A stretch of 64,000 nucleotides of DNA from Lingula anatina (lineage: Eukaryota; Animalia; Brachiopoda), in the NCBI GenBank assembly GCA_051362555.1, contig CM120642.1, forward strand, positions 21,762,001 to 21,826,000, read 5' to 3'. Shown here piece after piece: positions 13,330 to 24,751 of the stretch; within the stretch, counting starts at the first letter, position 1, and each line of letters starts with the position of its first letter. The notes below the pieces were generated by a model. The model did not search any database. It saw nothing but the letters and a program-made list of their open reading frames with translations, and had not been told where the DNA came from. The translations under genes and the position numbers were made by a program.

Positions 13330-13860
13330 TAATGTGCCAGCCTATTGAGGTTTTGACAGTTTATTTTTCCTTGATTCTACTGATATGTCCTGCCCATCCA
13401 ATTTCATATCTTTAATTGAAAGTAGCACATCCTTCACTTTGGCCTGTTCTCTTATCCACTTCATGGTCATCCTATCTCTTACTCTGATGTTTACAATACT
13501 TCTTTCCATATTTCTCCGTGTTACTTGTAGCTTTTGTTCCATGGATGCATTCATTGTGCATGTCTCTGAACCATAGGTGACAGCTGGCAATACACATGCA
13601 CTGAACACTTTCTTTTTCCGACAGGTGGGGGGATTACTCTTGAATATGTATTTGTGCTTTGTAAACGCTACCCACAATGCATTTATTCTTTTTTGGACTT
13701 CTTTCTCCAGCGTTCTATCGCTGAGGCTGAATCTTTGCCAAGATATACACACTCTTCTACTGCTTCCATCTCCTTGTTGTTGACCTGTATTGTACCAGGG
13801 ATGGTGAGTGGTTCAAACATTATTTTAGTCTTACTGCTGTTCATTTTAACCCACGTCTGA
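13330..13860 (-). mobile_element. RTE-clade LINE fragment (RT C-terminal region, frameshifted)
   Basis: GLKMNSSKTKIM...EAVEECVYLG, then EVQKRINALWVAF...KKKVFSACVLPAVTYGSET...MERSIVNIRVRDRM..WIRE, typical of RTE ORF ends. Confidence 0.85.
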
Positions 13861-14038
13861 GGCTTTTAACTGAAAGAAGACGACACCCTGTGCCAGTTAA
13901 AGAAATAAAAAGTTTGCCGTTAAAAGGTTAAGAGGTACTGTATAGGTGCCGTCTTCAAAGGAACAAGAGTCATAAATAAATTGCAATCATTGAGTCCAAT
14001 GGAAGTTATTTATCTTTAATACATTTATGCTACCTTTA

Positions 14039-14177
14039 CAGGCCCGTAACCAGCCATTTCAAAGCGGGGTTCTTTTTCTGAAAAAGTGGACCTTTTTCTA
14101 TGATACCTTCGTGTACCTAAATAAATTTTACACAGAGGGGACCTTTGCAGGTTTCGAACCCCCTGGCTACGGGCCTG
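14039..14177. mobile_element. 139-bp MITE with 5-bp TSD (hAT5-like)
   Basis: TIRs CAGGCCCGTAaCCAG...CTGGcTACGGGCCTG; CTTTA duplicated on both flanks. Confidence 0.85.
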
Positions 14178-14220
14178 CTTTAAATCGCGCAGTGCACATG
14201 AGACAGATTTTCATTCCAAG

Positions 14221-14296
14221 GCCTTACAGTGGAATGGTAGTATCTCGGGATAAAGTGCGAGCAACTCTGTTCTATAGCTGTGATGTTTCGATAAAG
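14221..14296 (+). other. Candidate coding exon, phase-compatible with 12853-12972
   Basis: Acceptor ttttcattccaag; reads (R)PYSGMVVSRDKVRATLFYSCDVSIK; donor AAG|GTGTTA. Confidence 0.25.
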
Positions 14297-15049
14297 GTGT
14301 TATGGTGGTGATTTCATGGTTAATATGATGGCATATTTAGAAGGATCCCAGGGATGTGTGATAATGGTGATTTCATTACCAAATTATATTTTAGAAACTT
14401 CCTCATTTAAATCAAATTATATCAATGTTATAACATGAATCTGTAAATGTATTTTATTCAATAGAAAGATCTGTAATCTAGATATACAGGGTGTTTTTCA
14501 GTTTATAAAGGACTGAATAACGTCAATTAATCTCCTAGTTTAAATTTTAATCAATCTCAATTTAATATATATTGAAGTTCTCTAGAAATATATGCCTAAA
14601 TTCGTTAATTGGCTTCAATATCTCTTGCCATAAGAATCACTTAAATATATTTACGTGCTTCTTCCTTTGTATCAGTACATATATAGAGATCAGACAGAGA
14701 TCATTATAGACTAATTTTTGTCATTCGAACCGAAAGCGTGGATTGCCCTTGCTATCTTAGGACACTGCAGGTCTCTCAGCCAGAGAAATGAACGTCGGAA
14801 TCAGTCAGTTTGCAGTTGATCTCTAAAAACATCTCATCGATGTTGGGTTACCTGCTGGAGAAGTTACTAAGACCTAGCGTCCCCTGTGATAGAGTAACCA
14901 AGGCAGTTAAACTAGTTACCTAATTAATTTCACAAATTGGGTTATCTTACAGTTGATAATCGAATAGCAAGAAAGTCCCTAACTGTATTTTGAAAGTTTT
15001 AATTCCGTTAATAATCAGCTTGTTTATTAAATCCGCTAACTTTTCTTTA

Positions 15050-16403
15050 TACCCCCGTCACACTAGAGGCAGAATGAACAAGAATGCCGTCGGAAAGACA
15101 ATTCTTTGTGCATTCCTGGATATTCAAAGAGCATTCTAAAAATTCTGAGTGCATTTCAAATAGTTTTACCCATTCTTGTGGTTGGCCTGAATGTTAAAAA
15201 CTTTCGAAGCGCATTCGAAGCGGAAAATTATCGAATGGCATTTGAATAGTATTCTAACAGTACTGTGACTGCATTCTTAATATCTCACGGCATTCGGACA
15301 ACATTCAAAACATTCTGATCACATTCGAGGGATATTCGAACTGGTACGCGACTTAAGGCCCCCGTCGCACTTATTCGGAACCAGCAGGAATCAAGGTAGA
15401 ACCAACCAGAATGAATAAATTGAAAAATTCGTGCCATAATCGGGAGGGAATTTCAAATTGCAGTCAGAATATTCCGAATGAAATTCATATGCCGTACGAG
15501 TATGGTTTGACTGCTGGCCGAATACAGGCAGAAGTATGTAAGAAGATGCCTTGAATGATATATGAAGCGAACTCAAATGCAGTCAACTGCTCCCGGTATG
15601 GCTGCCAATGATGGTTTGAAATATAAAGAATTCAAACATAATGCAGCTGAAATACCTAAAATACTTAATTAAAATTACTTTCTAACATGTTTAGAATGTA
15701 ACACGATGCCCAGAGTGTGTAAATAACGCCACAGGAATGGTAACTGATCATAATGTTTCGAATGCTGTCGGAATGCCGTAAGAATATTTAGAATGCAGTC
15801 ATAGTGCAGTTAGAATACTGCTCAAATGCCATTCGATAAATTTCCTCTTGGAATGCACTTCGAAAGTTTTTGACATGACAAAAACATTCGAGCCGGCCAC
15901 AAGAATGGGTAAAAATATTTGGAATGCACTCAGAATTTTTAGAATGTTTTTAGAATGCTATTCGATTATCCTGGAATGCACAAAGAATTGTATTTCCGAC
16001 GCCATTTTTGATCATTCCGCCTCTAGTGTGACGGGGATTTTATACTCCGCCAGAATGTTCGAATGTGCCTCGAATGAGCTGAAATATTAATTTTGCCAGC
16101 AATCGAACTACACTAGTGCGCCGTTCAAAGTATATTCTAAATATTCTTACTGCCTTCTTACAGCATTATAAATATTCCTAGGTTTCCAACTACATTCGAA
16201 CTGCTTTTGAGAGCTACACAGTCGAAAATGCACTCATCATTCCAGGCGAAATAAAGCGCATTCTGAGTATTCCAACGGTACTCTTACAATAATTAAGGTC
16301 AATTTGAAAATTTTCCCCCGAATGTGGTTCGAATTTTAAAAATTATTCGTTCGGGCTCATTCTTCTTCATTCCTGCTGATTCCGAATAAGTGTGACGGGG
16401 GTA
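15050..16403. mobile_element. PIF/Harbinger MITE (outer copy)
   Basis: TIR TACCCCCGTCACACT...AGTGTGACGGGGGTA with TTA TSD (15047-49, 16404-06); rich in gaat/attc subrepeats. Confidence 0.85.
15356..16039. mobile_element. PIF/Harbinger MITE of the same family nested in opposite orientation
   Basis: aggCCCCCGTCGCACT...AGTGTGACGGGG flanked by TTA. Its right arm is the inverted copy of 15050-15300; its left arm is the inverted copy of the outer right arm. Confidence 0.75.
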
Positions 16404-17044
16404 TTAGCAAGGCTCCGTTTGATAATGTACCTCCATGTATGATAGGAGACTTTAGAAGATAAGTAAACTTGATCTGAGGTAATTGAATTAAGATTATTGT
16501 TTCTTCAAGTCCCCCGTAAAAGAAGTCAACCTTGGCAATATAGTGGCCAGTTAGTCAAGTAGATATGCTGACGACGTTCATTGCGGTCAGTCACTGTGTG
16601 CTGTGCACTCACTTGTGGAATCAACCTCGCAAAATGTGAATGGGAAGGTAGGCTCATTTGTACTTTAACTGAAAATCTATTAAACTCCGCTGCGTTGACC
16701 AGCGCACTTTTGGAAGATTTTTCCGTTAGTGTTCGTTTGATTCATAGTGGTTTCGTGCTTCGTGGTTGGTAATCGTCTGCTTGACGTAATGGTAATTTTA
16801 ACAATCCTCCCATTAGCTCCTTCAAACATACAATGTTCCATCTGGTTCATTGCATTTCCGAGAAAAGTACCAGTCCAAAGTACAGTGTATGGAGCCCGCT
16901 GGACCGACGAGAATGAAGTTCTCATTTGATTAATTTGATCAATAATACAAAATCTATGTTACAGACTATCATCATATACGTGTAAGTGTCATAATTTATA
17001 TAACATCAAGCAAGCAATTCTTCATAATATATACTAGAAATGAC

Positions 17045-18764
17045 CGGTGTCATGTACCAGAAAGTCCCCCATGTACCAGAAAGTCCCATGTCCTACGGAC
17101 CCTGGTTTCTGAAATAACGGGTCCCGGACTCTGTATCATGGTAATTGGATATAATATACCCCCGGACCCTGCATTTAACCGGACCCTACGTTTCATGACA
17201 GCTATCACGAAACACAGAGTCCGCCAGTCATACAGAAGAACTGGATATAAAAGCTAGGGTCCTACTGTAGAACAGTAGATATTTAATAAAATCTTGATGC
17301 AAGTAAATATAATATAAGAAAACAGCGGTGGTTTGCACAACGACCTGCTGGTGTAGTGGACAGCGACACGGGTTATGAGTATCCATTGATAGGAAAGTAT
17401 GAAGTAATTTAACAATATATCGGTTCGAGGCCAACGCTGGAGTTGACTTTATAACGCCTCTATTTTCACTCTTTTGTTTTAAATTTATAGTTAAATATTC
17501 AACTTACTGTCCATTTATTGTGTTTAATTCCGCAATAAAATGTGTTATACTCGCTTTTGATTACACTTCATACTTTTTTTAATTGAACTTACTTAAATAT
17601 ATTTCACACATATCCCATTGCATTGTGATGCTTAAGACTATATATACACGTGACTTATTTGAATACCACTCGTACATGTGTGTAAGCTAGTGGTGCACAA
17701 TGAATCGATGCTAAACTGTGCAAAACGTTTCTTTTCTCTAGACTTTATGCGTATTTTAGTCTAGAATGACTACCACTCATAAATGTGTGACAGCTTGCGT
17801 TATACAGTGCATCAATGCCAAATTGTGCAAAATATGTATTTTCTGGAAACTGACGACATTAATTAGTTATTAAATATACATGCTTATGGAGTGTAATTGA
17901 AAATGTACTCATTTAATTTTTTTAAACAATTTATATAAAGTTTTAATTTAAGTTGCATACCCTAAATTAAAATGAAATCAACCCAAAAGGAATGTATTCC
18001 ATGTTTCTCAATAACATTAGAAATCTTAATTAAAGTTTTTTCCATTGTGTATTATATGGACAACAATAAAGCGAGATTGTATCAACAAGAAGGATTTGAT
18101 ATCTACATGTACTTTAAAATATATTTATAATGTGAAACTATGGATTATATTTTTCTCATTTTAGACGAAGCACTGGCACAGATGTTTTATCAAGTTTGCA
18201 TGATGATGGAAATGCGGGTGACAACGGACAACGAGGAGAAAAAACAATTACTATACTGATTAATAAAATAAACTTTCTTTTTGTAAAATCAGGAAGTTCA
18301 CCAAAGGCACTTATGTATTCTGAATAAATTTACATTTCTTAAGTTATGTTCTTTCTCAATTGCATACAAAAGATAATCCTGCAAATTAAAGTTTATGAAA
18401 TGCGAACAATGCACGTTTATACTACGCGTTACACTTTAACAGAGGTTAATAATGTTTTTTTTTTACCTTTAATTCTTATAATTCTTACCTCCATATCAGT
18501 TAACATCATGTTCAATTTCATTTTTAAATTGCAAGTTTTAAGTGTGAGATTTCATTATTGCTCTTCAATGCGGACTTTCAGTATTAAAACGTAGGGTCCT
18601 AGGACTTTCCGTACTGAAATAGAGTGTCTAAGGGGACTCTACATTTCAGAACATAGAGTCCGGGACCCGTTATTTCGAGACAGAGAGTCCGCCTGGACTC
18701 TCAGTTTTAAAACACCGGGTCCGCCGGACCCTAGAATGGCAGGACTCTGTGTTGCTTGACACCG
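17045..18764. mobile_element. Non-autonomous TIR element with repetitive subterminal arms and 8-bp TSD (fold-back/Mutator-like; superfamily uncertain)
   Basis: Ends CGGTGTCA...TGACACCG; flanks GAAATGAC and GAAATAAC (1 mismatch); arms built of ggaccc/ggactc/gggtcc/gagtcc motifs. Confidence 0.75.
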
Positions 18765-19042
18765 GAAATAACACTTACGTCCAACAGTCGAAGTAATCTG
18801 ACTTATGCTTTCTCGATTATCGCTTAGTAAAACTGTATTAGCCTTAAAAAATAACTTATGAGCTATATGATCAATTAAGCCACATAATCTAAGAATGCAA
18901 ACATGTGTAATGTATCTTATAGAGCCTTTATAATCTGTATTACAAATTGGCCGACGAAGTAATCATGGAACATATCAGCTGTGTCTATAAAAGGAGAATA
19001 AATCGTGTTTTGACCTAATGACATTTTTTTATAAATATATAA

Positions 19043-19283
19043 GACCCAATTCCCATACCTAGATCGACCCATCTCCGAGAGGTTTCCCGCTAAATTGCTT
19101 TTATCTTAAGCGGTTTAGATGTCTACCACGCCTACTGAATCCGCTAAGCGAGGTTAATTACCCCCTAACAGCTTCAGTAGGCTTGCCAGACATCAGAGCT
19201 GCTTAAACTGAAAGCAATTTAGGGAGAAACCCCTCGGAGATGGGTCGATCTTGCCAGATCGATCTAGGTATGGCAATGGGGTC
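19043..19283. mobile_element. PIF/Harbinger MITE
   Basis: TIRs GACCCaATTcCCATACCTAGATCGA...TCGATCTAGGTATGGcAATgGGGTC; TAA TSD; arms pair for ~60 bp. Confidence 0.85.
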
Positions 19284-20191
19284 TAAGGCTTTGAAGAACC
19301 AATCTTTGTTTATATGGGGAACAGTTATGTTTCCGCATAATTGTAACGCGTGGTGTCCTTGGTGTTTTACCCCCAACAAATAACAACTGCACTGAGGCAA
19401 TAAACAGATAGCACATAAGCCCAGAAATGCAGATGTTCCGTATAACCCTCGTAACCGGCAAGGAGAGGGACTGTTTTGTGCATTTACATTAGAACATATT
19501 CGACCAGTTCATGACTACTTCGAATAGGTTTCATTGAAGGTTGTTTGTCTTGTACTATCGAGTAATGATGTATTGTGTGCGCGGATATTAAGATAAAAGG
19601 AACAAATTCACATAGGGCACTGCAGATGACTGTTAGTATACATGACTTAAGTTATTCGCTTTTCCTTGCAACACCAGGAAAATGCACTTTCCCCTGAAAA
19701 AAAAAATGCAGCAGCATGAATATTAATAACGTTGACACGGGGCCTGCCAAACATCGACAATATCTTTAAGCAATACTTTATAAATCTTTTGGAAACTGTT
19801 AATTTTTTCCATCTCAAAACAACATGCTGGCGAGAGTATGTTTTAAACTCATTTAAGACAAACGCAAGTAAATTATGTTGTATTTAGACAAAAGACAACA
19901 CGGTATGAGTTTGTATAGAAATGAACCAAGATACACGAATAACATGTCCACTAGATGTGAACTGACAACTCCCCTGAATCACTGAGAGAGGGCGTCGTGA
20001 TCGTATCAAGAAATGACAACCATAAACATTAAATGCTTTTTTCTAAACTGCACCTATCATTTATTTCATATTGTCTAACTTTACAGCGAACTCCACTCAC
20101 TTCACACACCTTCCTTTCAACGCAGATAGTTTCAGCGTGAATTAAACGAAAGATCCCTTCTATCTGATGGAAACAATATTCTTTAAATTAA

Positions 20192-20570
20192 AGATGCATA
20201 TGAAGTCATTTTTTTGCCACAAAAGCCAGCCAAATGCCAGCATATAGTTTCAAGTAAAATAACTAAGAGAATTACCTAAGGGCATTGTTAAGTTTTACCC
20301 GAAAAATGATATTTGAACGTTTTTTTCCTGCTAGCTTTCTATGCTGTATGTCAATGGGGCAGAAAAGTAGGTCACGAAAGTAGGTTAAATTACTGACCAA
20401 AAATTTAAAGAAAGGAGCAGTCTAAAGCTCTTTTATGGCTGATCGAATGATTTATTCAGTTTATCCCTAGGCAAGTCGAATTTGTTCGAGTCGTATAAGA
20501 AACTAGTAGAAGTGGTTCATATGTGTTACTGGGAATCCACGCTCCACCGATGCTCGGTTCGTATGTACCT
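20192..20570. mobile_element. Kolobok-like MITE
   Basis: TTAA on both flanks; AG...CT termini; imperfect TIR agatgcatatgaa and ttcgtatgtacct (10/13). Confidence 0.55.
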
Positions 20571-20762
20571 TTAAGTGTCGTAAGGAAAACAACGTTTCAA
20601 GAAAATGTAGGCAATGCAAATCCCGCGTGTAATACCACATAAAACCTTTGAGGGTTTTTACATCCTTGAAAAGACACAGTGACTTAATTGTCTGGTCTGA
20701 TCTACAGTATCTGTAGCGTGCTATTTAGCGCCATGTTCACGCCACGTTCACTTCATTAACAG

Positions 20763-20923
20763 ATCCGACAGATCGGATGTGCAGCAAAGGTCATAGATTC
20801 AGTGATCATATTGAAGCAGATGATGAGCAGATGAATATGGCGTTTACATTGGGTAGTCCACGGGACAAGAAGCCTTACCACAGTGTCCAGGACGGCGTAC
20901 ATCGTCCATACTGTCAATACTGA
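20763..20923 (+). other. Candidate terminal coding exon
   Basis: Acceptor ttcacttcattaacAG; open frame (D)PTDRMCSKGHRFSDHIEADDEQMNMAFTLGSPRDKKPYHSVQDGVHRPYCQY* with coding-like composition. Confidence 0.25.
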
Positions 20924-23117
20924 ATGATCAGCTTTATATCTTAGTACCACAGAAACATTAGGAGTGGGACGGACCGGGTTCAGGGGCATGCTTCATAAAT
21001 ACTGGAAGGCCTATCACTGAGTAATATATATAGGCAGAGATAGATAGCCCCATGCCACCAATGCAACCTCATGGTACATATGGCTCCTATAGGTACGTTC
21101 TGCAGATTATTGCAGAAGTTATATGTATTTAGATATTACCGTTGATTAATAACATCACTGAACAGGAAAGCACTTCGTTTTAGACTACATACAGTTTGAA
21201 AAGACATTCAAGCACTGAGGCCATACTTAAGTTATACCACTGTTAAGACATAGTGTAAAACTTAATTAACACTGATCATGATTCATTTTGCCTCGATAGT
21301 GTAATGATGTCACTGAGAGTCCATTGCCAGACTCTTCAGCCACACCAGTGACTGGCTGGCAAACTGAGGAGAGAGAGATCTACAGATAACAAGCCACATT
21401 GACGACATGGAGAGCAAGGTAAACATCTGTCAGAATATGTTGTATGGTAACATCTGGCTCTTTATTCCGTGGCCGCACCCCTATCTAACCCCGGCCCCAG
21501 ACATTTTTAATGCACAGGTATGTTGAGGGAAATGTGCCCAAATTCCTGTCTCCTGTTGCCCCCAAAAGATGATTCTAGAAGCCGCACATCGTTTACAGAT
21601 CCCCTGATCCCTCAGTGAAGTTCAAGTTGTGTTGGGTGGTAACTGCACCAGTAACTTGCAGGCGCTGTATGCACGGTGTATTAGGACTGCATATTAGTAC
21701 ATTTAGCACAGTCAAGGTATATGCATGTCGACAGTGGTCTACATGCATGGCCAGAAATGTGCAGCATTTACGCGATACGCGAGGGCGCAACAGTACGGCT
21801 TTACATGACTCAACTAACCAATCACAGCACAAGAATGGCATCGCACACAGACTCTGTGATAAGTGCTCAGCCCATTGTCAAGTAGTGTTAGTTCATGGTA
21901 ACAAGCGTCTGATATGTGCAGAGAAGTTTATTATTATAATATATATTGTTCTTATTGTTACATTATTAAATCTAACTCTGTATCCAAGTAGTAACTATAC
22001 TGTACCAAGTCAGGTACTAATCATGATGATGTACAGAGGTCATATATTCCAGAATAAGCCATTACCACTGATTTATAACTTTCATTTTTGTTTAATATGT
22101 TATTCATGAAAGAGTTCATGAAAGATTATTTTAATTTGTTAAATCGTGATCTTATTCTTTTTATATTCAAATAATTGAATACTGTGGGTAAAATTGGTCT
22201 TCCACTTCTTATTTGCATTTTTCCTTTACTACAAGATTATTTTGGAACAGTTGCAGCATTAAAATTTTGAATAAATAGCAATCTGAAAGAAGAATTTTGC
22301 ATAATTATTAAATGATGATAGGAATTTTGGATTAAGAGATTAGTTAAATACTGAGTAGTGATATGGTCAGTCAATTTATGTAGAATCTGATAATATGATT
22401 GAAAATACTGATTGAATTCTTGGCCTTGCACTGGGCAGTTTTACATTTGTGCCAAGTGCTCTTTTTGGACTCCATTGTACATGTACAGTGGTAAAAAATC
22501 TTCAATTGCCATGAATTTTTTAATCAGACTCTGTATGTTACTGCTATCAGCTGGTGCTATCGGCAACGAATTAATTTCTCTTTGTTTCTGAGTGAATCTA
22601 CCGTCTGAAATCACTATAACTGAAAATACCTGTATTTGCGTTTTGCTGAGGGTAGTCTAGGCAATATACGGCAAACATCTTAGTACCTGTGTACAACAGA
22701 ATTTTTTTAAAAACCCAGCGATATTTGGTCAGGAGTTGCTTGAAGCATAGCACAGCGTTGCTGTCTATCGGCAACAGGCCGTTAGTTTGTCAATTCTCAC
22801 GAATTACCCACGAATCGCGAACCCATTCATTTTTCATTTTCAAGTATGGCAATCTAGCAACTCATGAAAAATGCACGCATGCGCAGTGGGCTAGGCGTGA
22901 CGTCATGCAGTGCATTTCTGGGGATGATGACAAATCCGTTGTGATGGCGGAATCTGAAAAACCTTTTCAGGAAAAGTGTTGTTTCTGCCGTATGAAGGGG
23001 TGCGTCTTGTGTTACGTGTGTGCGTGCGTATGCATGAGCGTGTTTGACGTATATGTACGTGCGGGTGAGTGTCTTTGGCACGTGTGTATGTGGTATACAT
23101 GTGTGTGACGTGTGTAA

Positions 23118-23120
<3 letters not shown>

Positions 23121-23158
<38 letters not shown>
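23121..23158. repeat. (TG)n microsatellite in a degenerate TG-rich tract (~23010-23195)
   Basis: Pure TG run. Confidence 0.95.
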
Positions 23159-23161
<3 letters not shown>

Positions 23162-24130
23162 GTATGTGATTGTACGTGTGTGCGACGTGTGTATTTTTGA
23201 ATGCAAGTCAGAGGAAGCACATTCCGTTTGCGAAATCTTTTACATTATAAAACATTGGAGATCTGCTTCTGTTGGACCCAGGCTGGCTTCTATCCCCCCT
23301 TCACTTCGTGGTATTCTAGAGCTGCCAGGGAAAAATAATATGGACTGTTTCTACACCTGCGTATACAAGTATTACATTTCAGCAAAATCAGCGAATTACA
23401 TTTCATATTTATGTAACAAAGCTTTCATTAGACGGGCAATCCCGGGATCGATCTTATCGGCAATAATAATTATTTTTTCTTCGCAAATTTAAGACAAAGC
23501 GCGTCTAGAACTACTTAGGGAGTTTGCTAAACGGCGTAGACATTGTAAAGTAAATGGAGCCCCTGCATCAATGTAAAACGAGGATTATTGCGCGTTAGTA
23601 GCAATTCTGTCGCAGAAAATCAATTTATTATTGATGAAAAGGAACATTACTCTTGGTACATATAGCCCTGGTGTCTTATGTGATTGACAGGTGTCACAGT
23701 GGCATCACTCGCACGAGGATTCGTGAAGATCAAGCTGGAAGTTGACGGCTTTCTTATTAACTTCTTAAGTCAATGTATCCGAAACGACCCATCACTCAAG
23801 CATCAGATTTAGAAGTGGAGAAAGAATTTGTCTTATTATTTTTATCTACTTTTCGTTTCATCAAATCGTTGGAAAGACACTCATTATGCTTCTCTGAATG
23901 TCATTTGTAGTTGCAAAACTATTATCTCTTATTGGCAATGAGTCCTTGAAAATCTCGGGCGCACCGCGCATGTGCTGATTTCAATAAAAGAGAGAAGCCA
24001 TGTGAGGACAAAAACAAAGCGTGGTTTCCGGGGCGATCCTTTATAGCTAAGAGGAAACCGCTTTACGACATTTTATTATGTAAGAATAGATTCATACTCT
24101 TGATATTTCTTCGTAAAACCACGATCACTT

Positions 24131-24265
24131 ACCCTGAGTGTCAAAGCAACGTAAAAGCTAGCTTGTTAAATATACCTTGTGATGGAGTCGCTTTTACCGG
24201 TATTGCTGATATGGGTTATATATGAAATCAAGATCGAGCTGGCAATACCGGAATCTAGAACCTAT
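24131..24265. mobile_element. Tiny MITE-like element, copy 1 (66-bp hairpin core)
   Basis: Begins aCCCTGAGTGTCA; 24199-24264 is identical to 32323-32388. Confidence 0.5.
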
Positions 24266-24751
24266 AACTAAGTAAAACGTGTGGGTGTATGTTGACCTAG
24301 GAATGGTAGTTAAGAGTTTTTGGACAACCTTGACGAAAATGAACATACAGCGATATGTTATTTATATACCCTTTTAAACGATAGAATATATTCATAATGG
24401 CTGAAATGTGAAACCAAGTTAAATAACCCGTTCAACAGAGTAAGCTTGCACTGCAACTGTTTTTTATTGGCCAAAAAGACTTGCTATTTTTAAAGTGGCA
24501 GTTACGACTTCTAATGGATATCATGTTTACTAGCGAAAGCTTTGAAAGAAGTTATTACCGCATCATCAGCTGTTGTTGTGGTCTTGAGTTAGCTATTTAA
24601 TCTGATGCGTCTGTCGTGACGTCGTTTGCGGAAAATTTATATGGCCAGTTTTTATGATGCCAAGCTACACCAACACTAGTGATTGTCGCGATCATCAGGA
24701 TTCCCAAATATTCGTGATAAAACGGTATTTTTGACAGACGATCCTTTTTTA

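Noticed and set aside
24197-24251. SECIS element or known pre-miRNA in the 66-bp hairpin
   Set aside because: No proper UGAN/NGAN core with a paired helix II, the upper stem pairs poorly, and no mature miRNA was recognised.
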